From Escherichia phage B2, in the sequence record NC_073069.1: DNA of 44,283 bases; one strand, written 5' to 3'. Below are positions 44,117 to 44,283 of the stretch, piece by piece (the stretch's first letter is position 1; the number at the start of each line of letters is the position of its first letter). The notes under the pieces are model-generated. The model worked only from the letters and a program-made list of their open reading frames with translations. It was not told the DNA's origin and ran no database searches. Position numbers and translations under genes: made by a program.

Positions 44117-44283
44117 ATGCGTATTAAAGCCAGCGAAGTAAAAGTCGGAATGCAAGTATGGTCCAAAATGCTGGGCGAATATTTCACAGTTGCCGAGATT
44201 CGCAACAACGGCGAGGAGATTACCCTTTCCGACGGTATCTTCTCCATGATCGGCAGTGCTGACGCCGTGGTGAGGATTAAGCA
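44117..44283 (+). CDS. hypothetical protein, truncated by the window end (or closing onto position 1 if circular)
   Basis: ORF MRIKASEVKVGMQVW... runs to the last base; joined to position 1 it would end with a TGA overlapping the polymerase ATG. Confidence 0.3.
   Translation, partial: MRIKASEVKVGMQVWSKMLGEYFTVAEIRNNGEEITLSDGIFSMIGSADAVVRIK

Noticed and set aside
1-44283. tRNA genes, integrase, repressor or attachment sites (prophage or lysogeny features)
   Set aside because: I saw no tRNA-like sequence in intergenic regions and no ORF with recombinase or CI-like features; the window reads as a virulent phage genome rather than a prophage in a host chromosome

Overview
This window reads as a complete or near-complete genome of a tailed dsDNA phage (siphovirus-type, lambda-like tail-tip module), probably infecting an enterobacterium. 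No integrase or repressor is visible, so it looks virulent. Rightward (+) genes at 40604..44283 and 1..8414 form a replication/nucleotide-metabolism module: DUF2800-like Cas4-type nuclease, DUF2815-like protein, family A DNA polymerase, VRR-NUC nuclease, SNF2 helicase, a C5-methyltransferase-like protein, a phage Dam-type N6-adenine methyltransferase and a HAD-like hydrolase. Leftward (-) genes at 40201..8442 encode a prim-pol/helicase, a lysis cassette, metallophosphoesterase, terminase, portal, head, scaffold, capsid, spanins, head-tail joining proteins, tail chaperones with a -1 frameshift site, tape measure, gpM/L/K/I/J-like tail tip and a tail fibre with a C-terminal S74-type chaperone domain. 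Beyond the genes, the most interesting signals are a duplicated hairpin plus GTCCCGC iteron element (two copies about 17 kb apart), a recurrent ATTGGTTGCA motif in intergenic regions, and two opposite-strand moron cassettes inside the late operon (a lipoprotein next to the tail fibre, and a two-gene cassette with its own promoter motif and terminator). All calls are from reading the sequence and ORF track by eye; no database search or computation was run, and functional names rest on recognised motifs only.
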